Assembly: GCA_964016885.1 (NCBI GenBank)
Contig: OZ024740.1
Location: 412,238,001-412,302,000, forward strand
Direction of reading: 5' to 3'
Origin: Eledone cirrhosa
Taxonomy: Eukaryota
Length of the DNA stretch: 64,000 nt
The notes under the pieces are model-generated. The model made no database searches. It was not told the origin of the DNA and was given only the letters and a program-made list of their open reading frames with translations. This document shows positions 1 to 15,164 of the stretch, piece by piece. Numbering within the stretch: position 1 is the first letter of the stretch; each line of letters begins with the position of its first letter. Both the position numbers and the translations under genes were made by a program.

Positions 1-3000
1 TGTTGGTGGTGATACTGGTGGCAGTGTTAGTGATGGTGATGCTGATGATGATGGTTATATTGTTGGTGGTGATACTGGTGGCAGTGTTAGTGATGGTGAT
101 GGTGTTGATGATGTTTATGTTGTTGGTGGTGATACTGGTGGCAGTGCTAGTGATGCTGATGCTTATGAAGAGGTTTATGTTGTTGGTGGTGATACTGGTG
201 GCAGTGTTAGTGATGGTGATGGTGTTGATGATGTTTATGTTGTTGGTGGTGATACTGGTGGCAGTGCTAGTGATGGTGATGCTTATGAAGAGGTTTATGT
301 TGTTGGTGGTGATACTGGTGGCAGTGTTAGTGATGGGGATGCTGTTGATGATGTTTAATTTGTTGGTGGAGATACTGGTGGCAGTGATGGTGATGGTGAT
401 GCTGTTGATGATGTTTATGTTGTTGGTGGTGATACTGGTGGCAGTGCTAATGATGGTGATGTTGCTGATGATGTTTATGTTGTTGGTGGTGATACTGGTG
501 GCAGTGCTAGTGATGGTGATGGTGTTGATGATGTTTATGTTGTTGGTGGTGATACTGGTGGCAGTGTTATTGATGTTGATGATGTTGATGATATTTATGT
601 TGTTGGTGGTGATACTGGTGGCAGTGTTACTGATGGTGATGCTGTTGATGATATTTATGTTGTTGCTGGTGATACTGGTGGGAGTGTTAGTGATGGTGAT
701 GCTGTTGATGTTTATGTTGTTGGTGGTGATACTGGTGGCTGTGTTAGTGATGCTGATGCTGATGATGATGTTTATGTTGCTGGTGGTGATACTGGTGGCA
801 GTGTTAGTGATGGTGATGCTGATGATGTTTATGTTGTTGGTGGTGATACTGGTGGCAGTGATAGTGATGGTGATGCTGTTGATGATGTTTATGTTGTTGG
901 TGGTGATACTGGTGGCAGTGTTAGTGATGGTGATGATGTTGATGATGTTTATGTTGGTGGTGGTGATACTGGTGGCAGTGTTAGTGATGGTGATGCTGAT
1001 GATGATGTTTATGTTGTTGGTGGTGATACTGGTGGCAGTGTTATTGATGGTGATGCTGTTGATGATGTTTATGTTGTTGGTGGTGATACTGGTGGCAGTG
1101 ATGGTGATGCTGATGATATTTATGTTATTGGTGGTGATACTGGTGGCAGTGCTAGTGATGGTGATGGTGATGAAGTTTATGTTGTTGGTGGTGATACTGG
1201 TGGCAGTGTTAGTGTTTGTGATGGTGTTGATGAAGTTTATGTTGTTGGTGGTGATACTGGTGGCAGTGTTAGTGTTTGTGATGGTGTTGATGAAGTTTAT
1301 GTTGTTGGTGGTGATTCTGGTGGCAGTGTTAGTGATGGTGATGCTGATGATGATGTTTATGTTGTTGGTGGTGATACTGGTGGCAGTGTTATTGATGGTG
1401 ATGCTGATGATGTTTATGTTGTTGGTGGTGATACTGGTGGCAGTGATGGTGATGCTGATGATATTTATGTTATTGGTGGTGATACTGGTGGCAGTGCTAG
1501 TGATGGTGATGGTGATGAAGTTTATGTTGTTGGTGGTGATACTGGTGGCAGTGTTAGTGTTTGTGATGGTGTTGATGAAGTTTATGTTGTTGGTGGTGAT
1601 ACTGGTGGCAGTGTTAGTGTTTGTGATGGTGTTGATGAAGTTTATGTTGTTGGTGGTGATACTGGTGGCAGTGTTAGTGTTTGTGATGGTATTGATGAAG
1701 TTTATGTTGTTGGTGGTGATACTGGTGGCAGTGTTAGTGTTTGTGATGGTGTTGATGAAGTTTATGTTGTTGGTAGTGATACTGCTGGCAGTGTTAATGT
1801 TTGTGATGGTGTTCATGAAGTTTATGTTGTTGGTGGTGATACTGGTGGCAGTGTTAGTGTTTGTGATGGTGTTGATGAAGTTTATGTTGTTGGTGTTATA
1901 CTAGTGGCAGTGTTAGTGTTTGTGATGGCGTTGATGAAGTTTATGTTGTTGGTGGTGATACTGGTGGCAGTGTTAGTGATAGTGATGGTGATGATGTTTA
2001 TGTTGTTGGTGGTGATACTGGTGGCAGTGATGGTGATGCTGATGATATTTATGTTGTTGGTGGTGATACTGGTGGCAGTGCTAGTGATGGTGATGGTGAT
2101 GAAGTTTATGTTGTTGGTGGTGATACTGGTGGCAGTGTTAGTGTTTGTGATGGTGTTGATGAAGTTTATGTTGTTGGTGGTGATACTGGTGGCAGTGTTA
2201 GTGTTTGTGATGGTGTTGATGAAGTTTATGTTGTTGGTGGTGATACTGGTGGCAGTGCTAGTGATGGTGATGGTGATGAAGTTTATTTTGTTGGTGGTGA
2301 TACTGGTGGCAGTGTTAGTGTTTGTGATGGTGTCGAAGAAGTTTATGTTGTTGGTGGTGATACTGGTGGCAGTGTTATTGTTTGTGATGGTGTTGATGAA
2401 GTTTATGTTGTTGGTGGTGATACTGGTGGCAGTGTTAGTGATGGTGATGCTGATGATGAAGTTTATGTTGTTGGCGGTGATACTGGTGGCAGTGCTAGAT
2501 GATGAAGCTGATGATGATAATTATGTTGTTGGTGGTGATACTGGTGGCAGTGTTAGTGATGGTGATGGTGATGGTGATGATGATGTTTATGTTGTTGGTG
2601 GTGATACTGGTGGCAGTGCTAGTGATGGTGATGGTGATGATGTTTATGTTGTTGGTGGTGATACTGGTGGCAGTGTTAGTGATGGTGATGGTGATAATGA
2701 TGTTTATGTTGTTGGTGGTGATACTGGTGGCAGTGTTAGTGATGGTGATTGTGATGATGTTTATGTTGTTGGTGGTGATACTGGTGGCAATGTTAGTGAT
2801 GGTGATGGTGATGATGATGTTTATGTTGTTGGTGGTGATACTGGTGGCAGTGTTAGTGATGGTGATGGTGATGATATTTATGTTGTTGGTGGTGATACTG
2901 GTGGCAGTGTTAGTGATGTTGATGGTGATGATGATGTTTATGATGTTGGTGGTGATACTGGTGGCAGTGTTAGTGATGGTGATGGTGATGATGTTTATGT

Positions 3001-6000
3001 TGTTGGTGGTTATACTGGTGGCCGTGTTAGTGATGGTGATGCTGATGATGATGTTTATGTTGTTGGTGGTGATACTGGTGGCAGTGTTAATGATGGTGAT
3101 GCTGATGATGATGTTTATGTTGTTGGTGGTGAAACTGGTGGTAGTGTTAGTGATGGTGATGCTGATGATGTTTATGTTGTTGGTGGTGATGCTGGTGGCA
3201 GTGCTAGTGATGGTGGTGCTGATGGTGTTGTTTATGTTGTTGATGGTGATACTGGTGGCAGTGTTAGTGATGGTGATGCTGATGATGATGTTTATGTTGT
3301 TGGTGGTGATACTGGTGGCAGTGCTAGATGATGATGCTGATGATGATAATTATGTTGTTTGTGGTGATACTAGTGGCAGTGTTAGGGATGGTGATGCTGA
3401 TGATGATGTTTATGTTGTTGGTGGTGATACTGGTAGCAGTTTTAATGATGGTGATGCTGTTCATGATGTTTATGTTGTTGGTGGTGATACTGGTGGCCGT
3501 GTTAGTGATGGTGATGCTGATGATGTTTATGTTGTTGGTGGTGATACTGGTGGCAGTGTTATTGATGGTGATGCTGATGATGATGTTTATGTTGTTGGTG
3601 GTGATACTGGTGGCAGTGCTAGTGATGGTGGTGCTGTTGATGGTGATGAAGTTTATGTTGTTGGTGGTGATACTGGTGGCAGTGTTAGTGATGGTGATGC
3701 TGTTGATGATATTTATGTTGTTGGTGGTGATACTGGTGGCAGTGTTAGTGATGGTGATGCTGATTATGTTTATGTTGTTGGTGGTGATACTGGTGGAGGT
3801 GCTAGTAATGGTGATGATGTTGATGATGTTTATGTTGTTGGTGGTGATACTGGTGGCAGTGTTAGTGATGGTGATGCTGATGATGATGTTTATGTTGTCG
3901 GTGGTGATACTGGTGGCAGTGTTATTGATGGTGATGCTGTTGATGATGTTTATGTTGTTGGTGCTGATACTGGTGGCAGTGTTAGTGATGGTGATGCTGA
4001 TGATGTTTATGTTGTTGGTGGTGATACTGGTGGCAGTGCTAGTGATGGTGATGCTGATGATGTTTATGTTGTTGGTGGTGATACTGGTGGCAGTGCTAGT
4101 GATGGTGATGCTGTTGATGATATTTATGTTGTTGGTGGTGGTACTGGTGGCAGTGTTAGTGATGGTGATGCTGATGATGCTATTTATGTTGTTGGTGGTG
4201 AAACTGGTGGCAGTGTTAGTGATGGTGATGCTAATGATGTTTATGTTGCTGGTGGTGATACTGGTGGCAGTGTTAGTGATGGTGATGCTGATGATGTTTA
4301 TATTGTTGGTGGTGATACTGGTGGCAGTGTTAGTGATGGTGATGGTGTTGATGATGTTTATGTTGTTGGTGGTGATACTGATGGCAGTGCTAGTGATACT
4401 GATGCTTATGATGTTTATGTTGTTGGTGGTGATACTGGTGGCAGTGATGGTGATGCTGATGATATTTATGTTATTGGTGGTGATACTGGTGGCAGTGCTA
4501 GTGATGGTGATGGTGATGAAGTTTATGTTGTTGGTGGTGATACTGGTGGCAGTGTTAGTGTTTGTGATGGTGTTGATGAAGTTTATGTTGTTGGTGGTGA
4601 TACTGGTGGCAGTGTTAGTGTTTGTGATGGTGTTGATGAAGTTTATGTTGTTGGTGGTGATACTGGTGGCAGTGTTAGTGTTTGTGATGGTGTTGATGAA
4701 GTTTATGTTGTTGGTGGTGATACTGGTGGCAGTGTTAGTGTTTGTGATGGTGTTGATGAAGTTTATGTTGTTGGTGGTGATACTGCTGGCAGTGTTAATG
4801 TTTGTGATGGTGTTCATGAAGTTTATGTTGTTGGTGGTGATACTGGTGGCAGGGTTAGTGTTTGTGATGGTGTTGGTGAAGTTTATGTTGTTGGTGGTGA
4901 TACTGGTGGCAGTGTTAGTGTTTGTGATGGTGTTGTTGAAGTTTATGTTGTTGGTGGTGATACTGGTGGCAGTGTTAGTGATAGTGATGGTGATGATGTT
5001 TATGTTGTTGGTGGTGATACTGGTGGCAGTGATGGTGATGCTGATGATATTTATGTTGTTGGTGGTGATACTGGTGGCAGTGCTAGTGATGGTGATGGTG
5101 ATGAAGTTTATGTTGTTGGTGGTGATACTGGTGGCAGTGTTAGTGTTTGTGATGGTGTTGATGAAGTTAATGTTGTTGGTGGTGATACTGGTGGCAGTAT
5201 TAGTGTTTGTGATGGTGTTGATGAAGTTTATGTTGTTGGTGGTGATACTGGTGGCAGTGTTAGTGTTTGTGATGGTGTTGATGAAGTTTATGTTGTTGGT
5301 GGTGATACTGGTGGCAGTGTTAGTGTTTGTGATGGTGTTGATGAAGTTTATGTTGTTGGTGGTGATACTGGTGGCAGTGCTAGTGATGGTGATGGTGATG
5401 AAGTTTATTTTGTTGGTGGTGATACTGGTGGCAGTGTTAGTGTTTGTGATGGTGTTGAAGAAGTTTATGTTGTTGGTGGTGATACCGGTGGCAGTGTTAT
5501 TGTTTGTGATGGTGTTGATGAAGTTTATGTTGTTGGTGGTGATACTGGTGGCAGTGTTAGTGATGGTGATGCTGATGATGAAGTTTATGTTGTTGGCGGT
5601 GATACTGGTGGCAGTGCTAGATGATGATGCTGATGATGATAATTATGTTGTTGGTGGTGATACTGGTGGCAGTGTTAGTGATGGTGATGGTGATGGTGAT
5701 GATGATGTTTATGTTGTTGGTGGTGATACTGGTGGCAGTGCTAGTGATGGTGATGGTGATGATGTTTATGTTGTTGGTGGTGATACTGGTGGCAGTGTTA
5801 GTGATGGTGATGGTGATGATGATGTTTATGTTGTTGGTGGTGATACTGGTGGCAGTGTTAGTGATGGTGATTGTGATGATGTTTATGTTGTTGGTGTTGA
5901 TACTGGTGGCAATGTTAGTGATGGTGATGGTGATGATGATGTTTATGTTGTTGGTGGTGATACTGGTGGCAGTGTTAGTGATGGTGATGGTGATGATATT

Positions 6001-9000
6001 TATGTTGTTGGTGGTGATACTGGTGGCAGTGTTAGTGATGTTGATGGTGATGATGATGTTTATGATGTTGGTGGTGATACTGGTGGCAGTGTTAGTGATG
6101 GTGATGGTGATGATGTTTATGTTGTTGGTGGTTATACTGGTGGCAGTGTTAGTGATGGTGATGCTGATGATGATGTTTATGTTGTTGGTGGTGATACTGG
6201 TGGCAGTGTTAATGATGGTGATGCTGATGATGATGTTTATGTTGTTGGTGGTGAAAATGGTGGTAGTGTTAGTGATGGTGATGCTGATGATGTTTATGTT
6301 GTTGGTGGTGATGCTGGTGGCAGTGCTAGTGATGGTGGTGCTGATGGTGATGTTTATGTTGTTGATGGTGATACTGGTGGCAGTGTTAGTGATGGTGATG
6401 CTGATGATGATGTTTATGTTGTTGGTGGTGATACTGGTGGCAGTGCTAGATGATGATGCTGATGATGATAATTATGTTGTTGGTGGTGATACTAGTGGCA
6501 GTGTTAGGGATGGTGATGCTGATGATGATGTTTATGTTGTTGGTGGTGATACTGGTAGCAGTGTTAATGATGGTGATGCTGTTCATGATGTTTATGTTGT
6601 TGGTGGTGATACTGGTGGCCGTGTTAGTGATGGTGATGCTGATGATGTTTATGTTGTTGGTGGTGATACTGGTGGCAGTGTTATTGATGGTGATGCTGAT
6701 GATGATGTTTATGTTGTTGGTGGTGATACTGGTGGCAGTGTTATTGATGGTGATGGTGATGCTGATGATGATGTTTATGTTGTTGGTGGTGATACTGGTG
6801 GCAGTGTTAGTGATGGTGATGGTGATTGTGATGATGATGTTTATGTTGTTGGTGGTGATACTGGCGGCAGTGTTAGTGATGGTGATGCTGATGATATTTA
6901 TGTTGTTGGTGGTGATACTGGTGGCAGTGCTAGTGATGGTGATGGCGTTGATGATGTTTATGTTGTTGGTGGTGATACTGGTGGCAGTGCTAGTGATGGT
7001 GATGGTGTTGATGATGTTTATGTTGTTGGTGGTGATTCTTGTGGCATTGTTAGTGATGGTGATGTTGTTGATGTTTATGTTGTTGGTGGTGATACTGGTG
7101 GCATTGTTAGTGATGGTGATGATGATGTTTATGTTGTTGGGAGTGATACTGGTGGCATTGTTAGTGCTGGTGATGCTGATGATGATGTTATGTTGTTGGT
7201 GGTGATACTGGTGGCAGTGTTAGTGCTGGTGATGCTGATGATGATGTTTATGTTGTTGGTGGTGATACTGGTGGCAGTGTTAGTGATGGTGATGTCGTTG
7301 ATGATGTTTATGTTGTTGGTGGTAATACTGGGGGCAGTGTTAGTGATGGTGATGGTGTTGATGATGTTTATGTTGTTGGTGGTTATACTGGTGGCAGTGC
7401 TAATGATGGTGATGTTGTTGATGATGTTTATGTTGTTGGTGGTGATACTGGCGGCAGTGCTATTGATGGTGATGGTGTTGATGATGTTTATGTTGTTGGT
7501 GGTGATACTGGTGGCAGTGTTAGTGATGGTGATGATGTTGATGGTGTTTATGTTGTTGGTGGTGATACTGGTGGCAGTGTTAGTGATGGTGATGCTGTTG
7601 ATGAAGTTTATATTGTTGGTGGTGATACTGGTGGCAGTGTTAGTGATTGTGATGGTGTTGATGATGTTTATGTTGTTGGTGGTGATACTGGTGGCAGTGT
7701 TAGTGATGGTGATGCTGTTGATGAAGTTTATATTGTTGGTGGTGATACTGGTGGCAGTGTTAGTGATGGTCATGCTGTTGATGATGTTTAATTTGTTGGT
7801 GGTGATACTGGTGGCAGTGTTAGTGATGGGGATGGTGTTGATGATGTTTATGTTGTTGGTGGTGATACTGGTGGCAGTGCTAGTGATGGTGGTGCTGTTG
7901 ATGGTGATGAAGTTTATGTTGTTGGTGGTGATACTGGTGGCAGTGTTACTGATGGTGATGCTGTTGATGATATTTATGTTGTTGGTGGTGATACTGGTGG
8001 CAGTGCTAGTGATGGTGGTGCTGTTGATGGTGATGAAGTTTATGTTGTTGGTGGTGATACTGGTGGCAGTGTTACTGATGGTGATGATGTTGATGATGTT
8101 TATGTTGTTGGTGGTGATACTGGTGGCAGTGTTAGTGATGGTGATGATGTTGATGGTGTTTATGTTGTTGGTGGTGATACTGGTGGCAGTGTTAGTGATG
8201 GTGATGATGTTGATGATATTTATGTTGTTGGTGGTGATACTGGTGGCAGTGTTATTGATGGTGGTGCTGTTGATGGTGATGAAGTTTATGTTGTTGGTGG
8301 TGATACTGGTGGCAGTGTTAGTGATTTTGATGCTGATGATGATGTTTATGTTGTTGGTGGTGATACTGGTGGCAGTGTTATTGATGGTGATGATGTTGAT
8401 GATGTTTATGTTGTTGGTGCTGATACTGGTGGCAGTGTTAATGATGGTGATACTGATGATGTTTATGTTGTTGGTGGTGATACTGGTGGCAGTGCTAGTG
8501 ATGGTGATGCTGATGATGTTTATGTTGTTGGTGGTGATACTGGTGGCAGTGCTAGTGATGGTGATGCTGTTGATGATATTTATGTTGTTGGTGGTGATAC
8601 TGGTGGCAGTGTTAGTGATGGTGATGCTGATGATGCTATTTATGTTGTTGGTGGTGAAACTGGTGGCAGTGTTAGTGATGGTGATGCTGATGATGATGTT
8701 TATGTTGCTGGAGGTGATACTGGTGGCAGTGTTAGTGATGGTGATGCTGATGATGTTTATGTTGTTGGTGGTGATACTGGTGGCAGTGCTAGTGATGGTG
8801 ATGCTGTTGATGATGTTTATGTTGTTGGTGGTGATACTGGTGGCAGTGTTAGTGATGGTGATGCTGTTGATGATATTTATGTTGTTGGTGGTGATACTGG
8901 TGGCAGTGTTATTGATGGTGATGTTGATGATGTTTATGTTGTTGGTGGTGCTACTGGTGGCAGTGTTAGTGATGGTGATGCTGATGATGATGTTTATGTT

Positions 9001-12000
9001 GTTGGTGGTGATACTGGTGGCAGTGTTATTGATGGTGATGCTGATGATGATGTTTATGTTGTTGGTGGTGATACTGGTGGCAGTGTTAGGGATGGTGATG
9101 CTGTTGGTGATGTTTATGTTGTTGGTGGTGATACTGGTGGCAGTGTTATTGATGGTGATGCTGATGATGATGTTTATGTTGTTGGTGGTGATACTGGTGG
9201 CAGTGTTATTGATGGTGATGCTGATGATGATGTTTATGTTGTTGGTGGTGGTACTGGTGGCAGTGTTAGTGATGGTGATGCTGTTGATGTTTATGTTGTT
9301 GGTCGTGATACTGGTGGCAGTGCTAGTGATGGTGATGCTGTTGATGATGTTTATGTTGTTGGTGGTGATACTGGTGGCAGTGTTAGTAATGGTGATGCTG
9401 ATGATGATGTTTATTTTGTTGGTGGTGATACTGGTGGCAGTGTTAGTGATGGTGATGGTGATGATGTTTATGTTGTTGGTGGTGATACTGGTGGCAGTGT
9501 TAGTGATAGCGATGCTGTTGATGATGTTTATGTTGTTGGTGGTGATACTGGTGGCAGTGCTAGTGATGATGATGCTGTTGATATTTATGTTGTGGGTGGT
9601 GATACTGGTGGCAGTGTTAGTGATGGTGATGCTGTTGATGATGTTTATGTTGTTGGTGGTGATACTGGTGGCAGTGTTAGTGATGGTGATGCTGATGATG
9701 ATGTTTATGTTGTTGGTGGTGATACTGGTGGCAGTGTTAGTGATGGTGATGCTGATGATGATGTTTATGTTGTTGATGGTCATACTGGTGCCAGTGCTAG
9801 TGATGGTGATGATGATGTTTATGTTGTTGGTGGTGATACTGGCGGCAGTGTTAGTGATGGTGATGCTATTGATGATGTTTATGTTGTTGGCGGTGATACT
9901 GGTGGCAATATTAGTGATGGTGATGGTGATGAAGTTTATGTTGTTGGTGGTGATACTGGTGGCAGTGTTAGTGTTTGTGATGGTGTTGATGAAGTTTATG
10001 TTGTTGGTGGTGATACTGGTGGCAGTGTTAGTGATTGTGATGGTGTTGATGAAGTTTATGTTGTTGGTGGTGATACTGGTGGCAGTGTTAGTGTTTGTGA
10101 TGGTGTTGATGAAGTTTATGTTGTTGGTGGTGATACTGGTGGCAGTGTTAGTGTTTGTGATGGTGTTGATGAAGTTTATGTTGTTGGTGGTGATACTGGT
10201 GGCAGTGTTAGTGTTTGTGATGGTGTTGATGAAGTTTATGTTGTTGGTGGTGATACTGGTGGCAGTGTTAGTGTTTGTGATGGTGTTGATGAAGTTTATG
10301 TTGTTGGTGGTGATACTGGTGTCAGTGCTAGTGATGGTGATGGTGATGAAGTTTATGTTGTTGGTGGTGATACTGGTGGCAGTGTTAGTGATAGTGATGG
10401 TGATGATGTTTATGTTGTTGGTGGTGATACTGGTGGCAGTGATGGTGATGCTGATGATATTTATGTTGTTGGTGGTGATACTGGTGGCAGTGCTAGTGAT
10501 GGTGATGGTGATGACGTTTATGTTGTTGGTGGTGATACTGGTGGCAGTGTTAGTGATGGTGATGGTGATGATATTTATGTTGTTGGTGGTGATACTGGTG
10601 GCAGTGTTAGTGATAGTGATTGTGATGATGATGTTTATGTTGTTGGTGGTGATACTGGTGGCAATGTTAGTGATGGTGATGGTGATGGTGATGTTTATGT
10701 TGTTGGTGGTGATACTGGTGGCAGTGCTAGATGATGATGGTGATGATGATGTTTATGTTGTTTGTGGTGATACTGGTGGCAGTGTTAGTGATGGTGGTGC
10801 TGTTGATGGTGATGAAGTTTATGTTGTTGGTGGTGATACTGGTGGCAGTGTTAGTGATGGTGATGCTGTTGATGATATTTATGTTGTTGGTGGTGATACT
10901 GGTGGCAGTGTTAGTGATGGTGATGCTGATTATGTTTATGTTGTTGGTGGTGATACTGGTGTCAGTGTTATTGATGGTGATGCTGATGATGATGTTTATG
11001 TTGTTGGTGGTGATACTGGTGGCAGTGTTAGGGATGGTGATGCTGTTGGTGATGTTTATGTTGTTGGTGGTGATACTGGTGGCAGTGTTATTGATGGTGA
11101 TGCTGATGATGATGTTTATGTTGTTGGTGGTGATACTGGTGGCAGTGTTATTGATGGTGATGCTGATGATGATGTTTATGTTGTTGGTGGTGGTACTGGT
11201 GGCAGTGTTAGTGATGGTGATGCTGTTGATGTTTATGTTGTTGGTGGTGATACTGGTGGCAGTGCTAGTGATGATGATGCTGTTGATATTTATGTTGTGG
11301 GTGGTGATACTGGTGGCAGTGTTAGTGATGGTGATGCTGTTGATGATGTTTATGTTGTTGGTGGTGATACTGGTGGCAGTGTTAGTGATGGTGATGCTGA
11401 TGATGATGTTTATGTTGTTGGTGGTGATACTGGTGGCAGTGTTAGTGTTGGTGATGCTGTTGATGATGTTTATGTTGTTGATGGTGATACTGGTGCCAGT
11501 GCTAGTGATGGTGATGATGATGTTTATGTTGTTGGTGGTGATACTGGCGGCAGTGTTAGTGATGGTGATGCTATTGATGATGTTTATGTTGTTGGCGGTG
11601 ATACTGGTGGCAGTGCTAGTGATGGTGATGCTGCAGATGATATTTATGTTGTTGGTGGTGATACTGGTGGCAATATTAGTGATGGTGATGGTGATGATGT
11701 TTATGTTGTTGGTGGTGATACTGGTGGCAGTGATGGTGATGCTGATGATATTTATGTTATTGGTGGTGATACTGGTGGCAGTGCTAGTGATGGTGATGGT
11801 GATGAAGTTTATGTTGTTGGTGGTGATACTGGTGGCAGTGTTAGTGTTTGTGATGGTGTTGATGAAGTTTATGTTGTTGGTGGTGATACTGGTGGCAGTG
11901 TTAGTGTTTGTGATGGTGTTGATGAAGTTTATGTTGTTGGTGGTGATACTGGTGGCAGTGTTAGTGATTGTGATGGTGTTGATGAAGTTTATGTTGTTGG

Positions 12001-13148
12001 TGGTGATACTGGTGGCAGTGTTAGTGTTTGTGATGGTGTTGATGAAGTTTATGTTGTTGGTGGTGATACTGGTGGCAGTGTTAGTGTTTGTGATGGTGTT
12101 GATGAAGTTTATGTTGTTGGTGGTGATACTGGTGGCAGTGTTAGTGTTTGTGATGGTGTTGATGAAGTTTATGTTGTTGGTGGTGATACTGGTGGCAGTG
12201 TTAGTGTTTGTGATGGTGTTGATGAAGTTTATGTTGTTGGTGGTGATACTGGTGTCAGTGCTAGTGATGGTGATGGTGATGAAGTTTATGTTGTTGGTGG
12301 TTATACTGGTGGCAGTGTTAGTGTTTGTGATGGTGTTGATGAAGTTTATGTTGTTGTTGGTGATACTGGTGGCAGTGTTAGTGTTTGTGATGGTGTTGAT
12401 GAAGTTTATGTTGTTGGTGGTGATACTGGTGGCAGTGTTAGTGATAGTGATGGTGATGATGTTTATGTTGTTGGTGGTGATACTGGTGGCAGTGATGGTG
12501 ATGCTGATGATTTTTATGTTGTTGGTGGTGATACTGGTGGCAGTGCTAGTGATGGTGATGGTGATGAAGTTTATGTTGTTGGTGGTGATACTGGTGGCAG
12601 TGTTAGTGATGGTGATGGTGATGATGTTTATGTTGTTGGTGGTGATACTGGTGGCAGTGTTAGTGATAGTGATGGTGATGATGATGTTTATGTTGTTGGT
12701 GGTGATACTGGTGGCAATGTTAGTGATGGTGATGGTGATGATGATGTTTATGTTGTTGGTGGTGATACTGGTGGCAGTGCTAGCTGATGATGGTGATGAT
12801 GATGTTTATGTTGTTGGTGGTGATACTGGTGGCAGTGTTAGTGATGGTGATGGTGATGATGTTTATGTTGTTGGTGGTTATACTGGTGGCAGTGTTAGTG
12901 ATGGTGATGGTGATGAAGTTTATGTTGTTGGTGGTGATACTGGTGGCAGTGCTAGATGATGATGCTGATGATGATAATTATGTTGTTGGTGGTGATACTG
13001 GTGGCAGTGTTAGTGATGGTGATGCTGATGATGATGCTTATGTTGTTGGTGGTGATACTGGTGGCAGTGTTAGTGATGGTGATGCTGATGATGATATTTA
13101 TGTTGTTGGTGGTGATACTGGTGGCAGTGTTAGTGATGCTGATGATGT
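1..13148. repeat. G/T-rich minisatellite array, 57-60 bp unit (consensus ~ tttatgttgttggtggtgatactggtggcagtgttagtgatggtgatgctgatgatgatg); runs off the window start
   Basis: About 220 tandem units, with the + strand very C-poor. Sporadic 1-2 nt indels (e.g. ~1900, ~2497, ~3326, ~7188, ~10730) switch frames, so the MLLVVILVAV / VYVVGGDTGG / TNTATSITTN ORFs are repeat artefacts. Confidence 0.95.
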
Positions 13149-13409
13149 CCATAGTGGTGGTTGTGCAGTGATGTTGATAGAAGTGATAGGAAAGTTGATG
13201 ATTATGATGTTTGTGATGATAGTTTGGTGGAGATTATGTTGATGATGTTGTTGTTGATGATATTGGTGTAACTGTTCTACAAGCTGCAATCGATACACCA
13301 CCTCGCAATGTTAATGGTGATCATACTTTCACTAGAGTTGCAGTCGGGAAACATATGACTCACTCTGTTAACAGCTGATTGACATGAATCTCAGAAAACA
13401 TAAGCATGC

Positions 13410-13842
13410 ACACAGTCACACGCACAAGCAGTCAATCACCCTTGTATATTCACATCCACACATACACGAACAGACACACACACACACTCACACAGAAGCA
13501 GTCAATCACCCTTGTACATTCACATCCACGCATACACGCACCGACACACACACTCACACCGAAGCAGTCAGTCACCCTTGTACATTCACACGCACGCATA
13601 CATGCACAGACGCACGCACACATAGAGGCAGTCAATCACCCTTATACAGTCACACCCTCTCACACATACACAAGCAGTCAAACACCCTTGTACATTCACA
13701 CGCACACACACATACACACACACGAACAGTCAATCACCCTTGTACATTCACACGCACACACACATACACACGTAGTCAATCACCCTTGTACAGTCACACG
13801 CACACGAGCAGTCAATCACCTGAGTATAGTCACACGCACACA

Positions 13843-13877
<35 letters not shown>

Positions 13878-14090
13878 GCAGTCAATCACCCGAGTATAGT
13901 CACACGCAAACACACATACACACAAGCAGTCAATCACCCTTGTGCAGTCACACGCATACACGCACACACAAGTAGTCTATCGCCCCTGTAGTCATACGCA
14001 CACTCACACACACTCAAAAGCTGTCAATCACACGCACACACACACAGGCACAACCATAAACACACACACAGAAACACACACATACTCACA
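13410..14090. repeat. Compound minisatellite: gcagtcaatcacccttgtacattcacac core alternating with (CA)n
   Basis: The core recurs about 11 times at 30-70 bp spacing (e.g. 13428, 13498, 13564, 13628, 13675). Confidence 0.85.
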
Positions 14091-14570
14091 TATTCACGTA
14101 TATTTAAACAAAGCATCTTCCTGAACACTTTCATGGTGATAATATGTTGAAATTCTCGGGGAAAGTGTGGGAGATGATACTATTGAAAGTGAAGTTCCTT
14201 TACTTTCATAGTAAGTAGAGTAGTTGATAAAGGATGAGTGGTGGAGTGACGAGGCAGAAAGATAGTATCTGCTTTATTTGTTTACTTGTAGAGCTTGTTT
14301 TAGTCAATAAGAATCAAAGCCGAGCTGGAGTACCGTTTTATATTTCTTGTAAGAAAGAAACAGTAAAACCTCCATGATTAAAAAATGTGTAATGAAAAAA
14401 GAAGATAATTTTTTTAAAAGGAGTAGAAAATAGATTAGAATAACACAGAACGAAGAAAAAAGTAAAATAGGTGAAGAGATAACATATTGACACACACACA
14501 ACCCGCACATAGACACATATACATTGGTGTCTGTTCGTACGTGAGCGTATCTACTATCGGTTTCTCTCTC

Positions 14571-14670
<100 letters not shown>

Positions 14671-14719
14671 GTATAGGATTATCCAAGATGTATGGTATCC
14701 ATGGTATCCATGGTATACC

Positions 14720-15164
14720 CGCTACCCACAACAAAGAATGTAACTGCCATCTACCTGAAAGATGTCCATTGAAGAATGAATGCCTAAAGTCCAACATTGT
14801 TTACCAATGCCCGGTTGAATCGAACGACCAGAAATGGTATTATATCGGATCTACCACCACCTCGTTTAAATCTCGCTGGTACCGTCATCGATTCTCAATC
14901 AAACATCCTAATCACCGTTTTGTGACCACGCTCGCCAACAAGACCTGGCAACTCCGTGAACGCAACCAACAGTTTACCTTAAAATGGGATATACTTTCCA
15001 GCGCAAGTGCATATCGTAGTGGATTGAAGTACTGCAGGTTATGTAACCTTGAACTCTTTTACATATTAAAATCCAAAAACAAACTACATAACGATATAAT
15101 TGAACGATCATTATACTGCAACCACAAACTAAAAGCTAAATTCTCTCACTATAAAATAACTTAA
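14720..15164 (+). pseudogene. PLE GIY-YIG endonuclease domain (C-terminal fragment of the RT-EN ORF)
   Basis: IVY/YIG motifs, FK.R...H, C..C..E. The upstream part of ORF 14487..15164 is translated (TA)n. Confidence 0.85.

Noticed and set aside
3-13242. Giant ORFs (up to 2388 aa; hydrophobic, D/G/V-rich or T/I/N-rich)
   Set aside because: They are translations of a stop-poor minisatellite. Frames switch at random indels and there are no unique domains.
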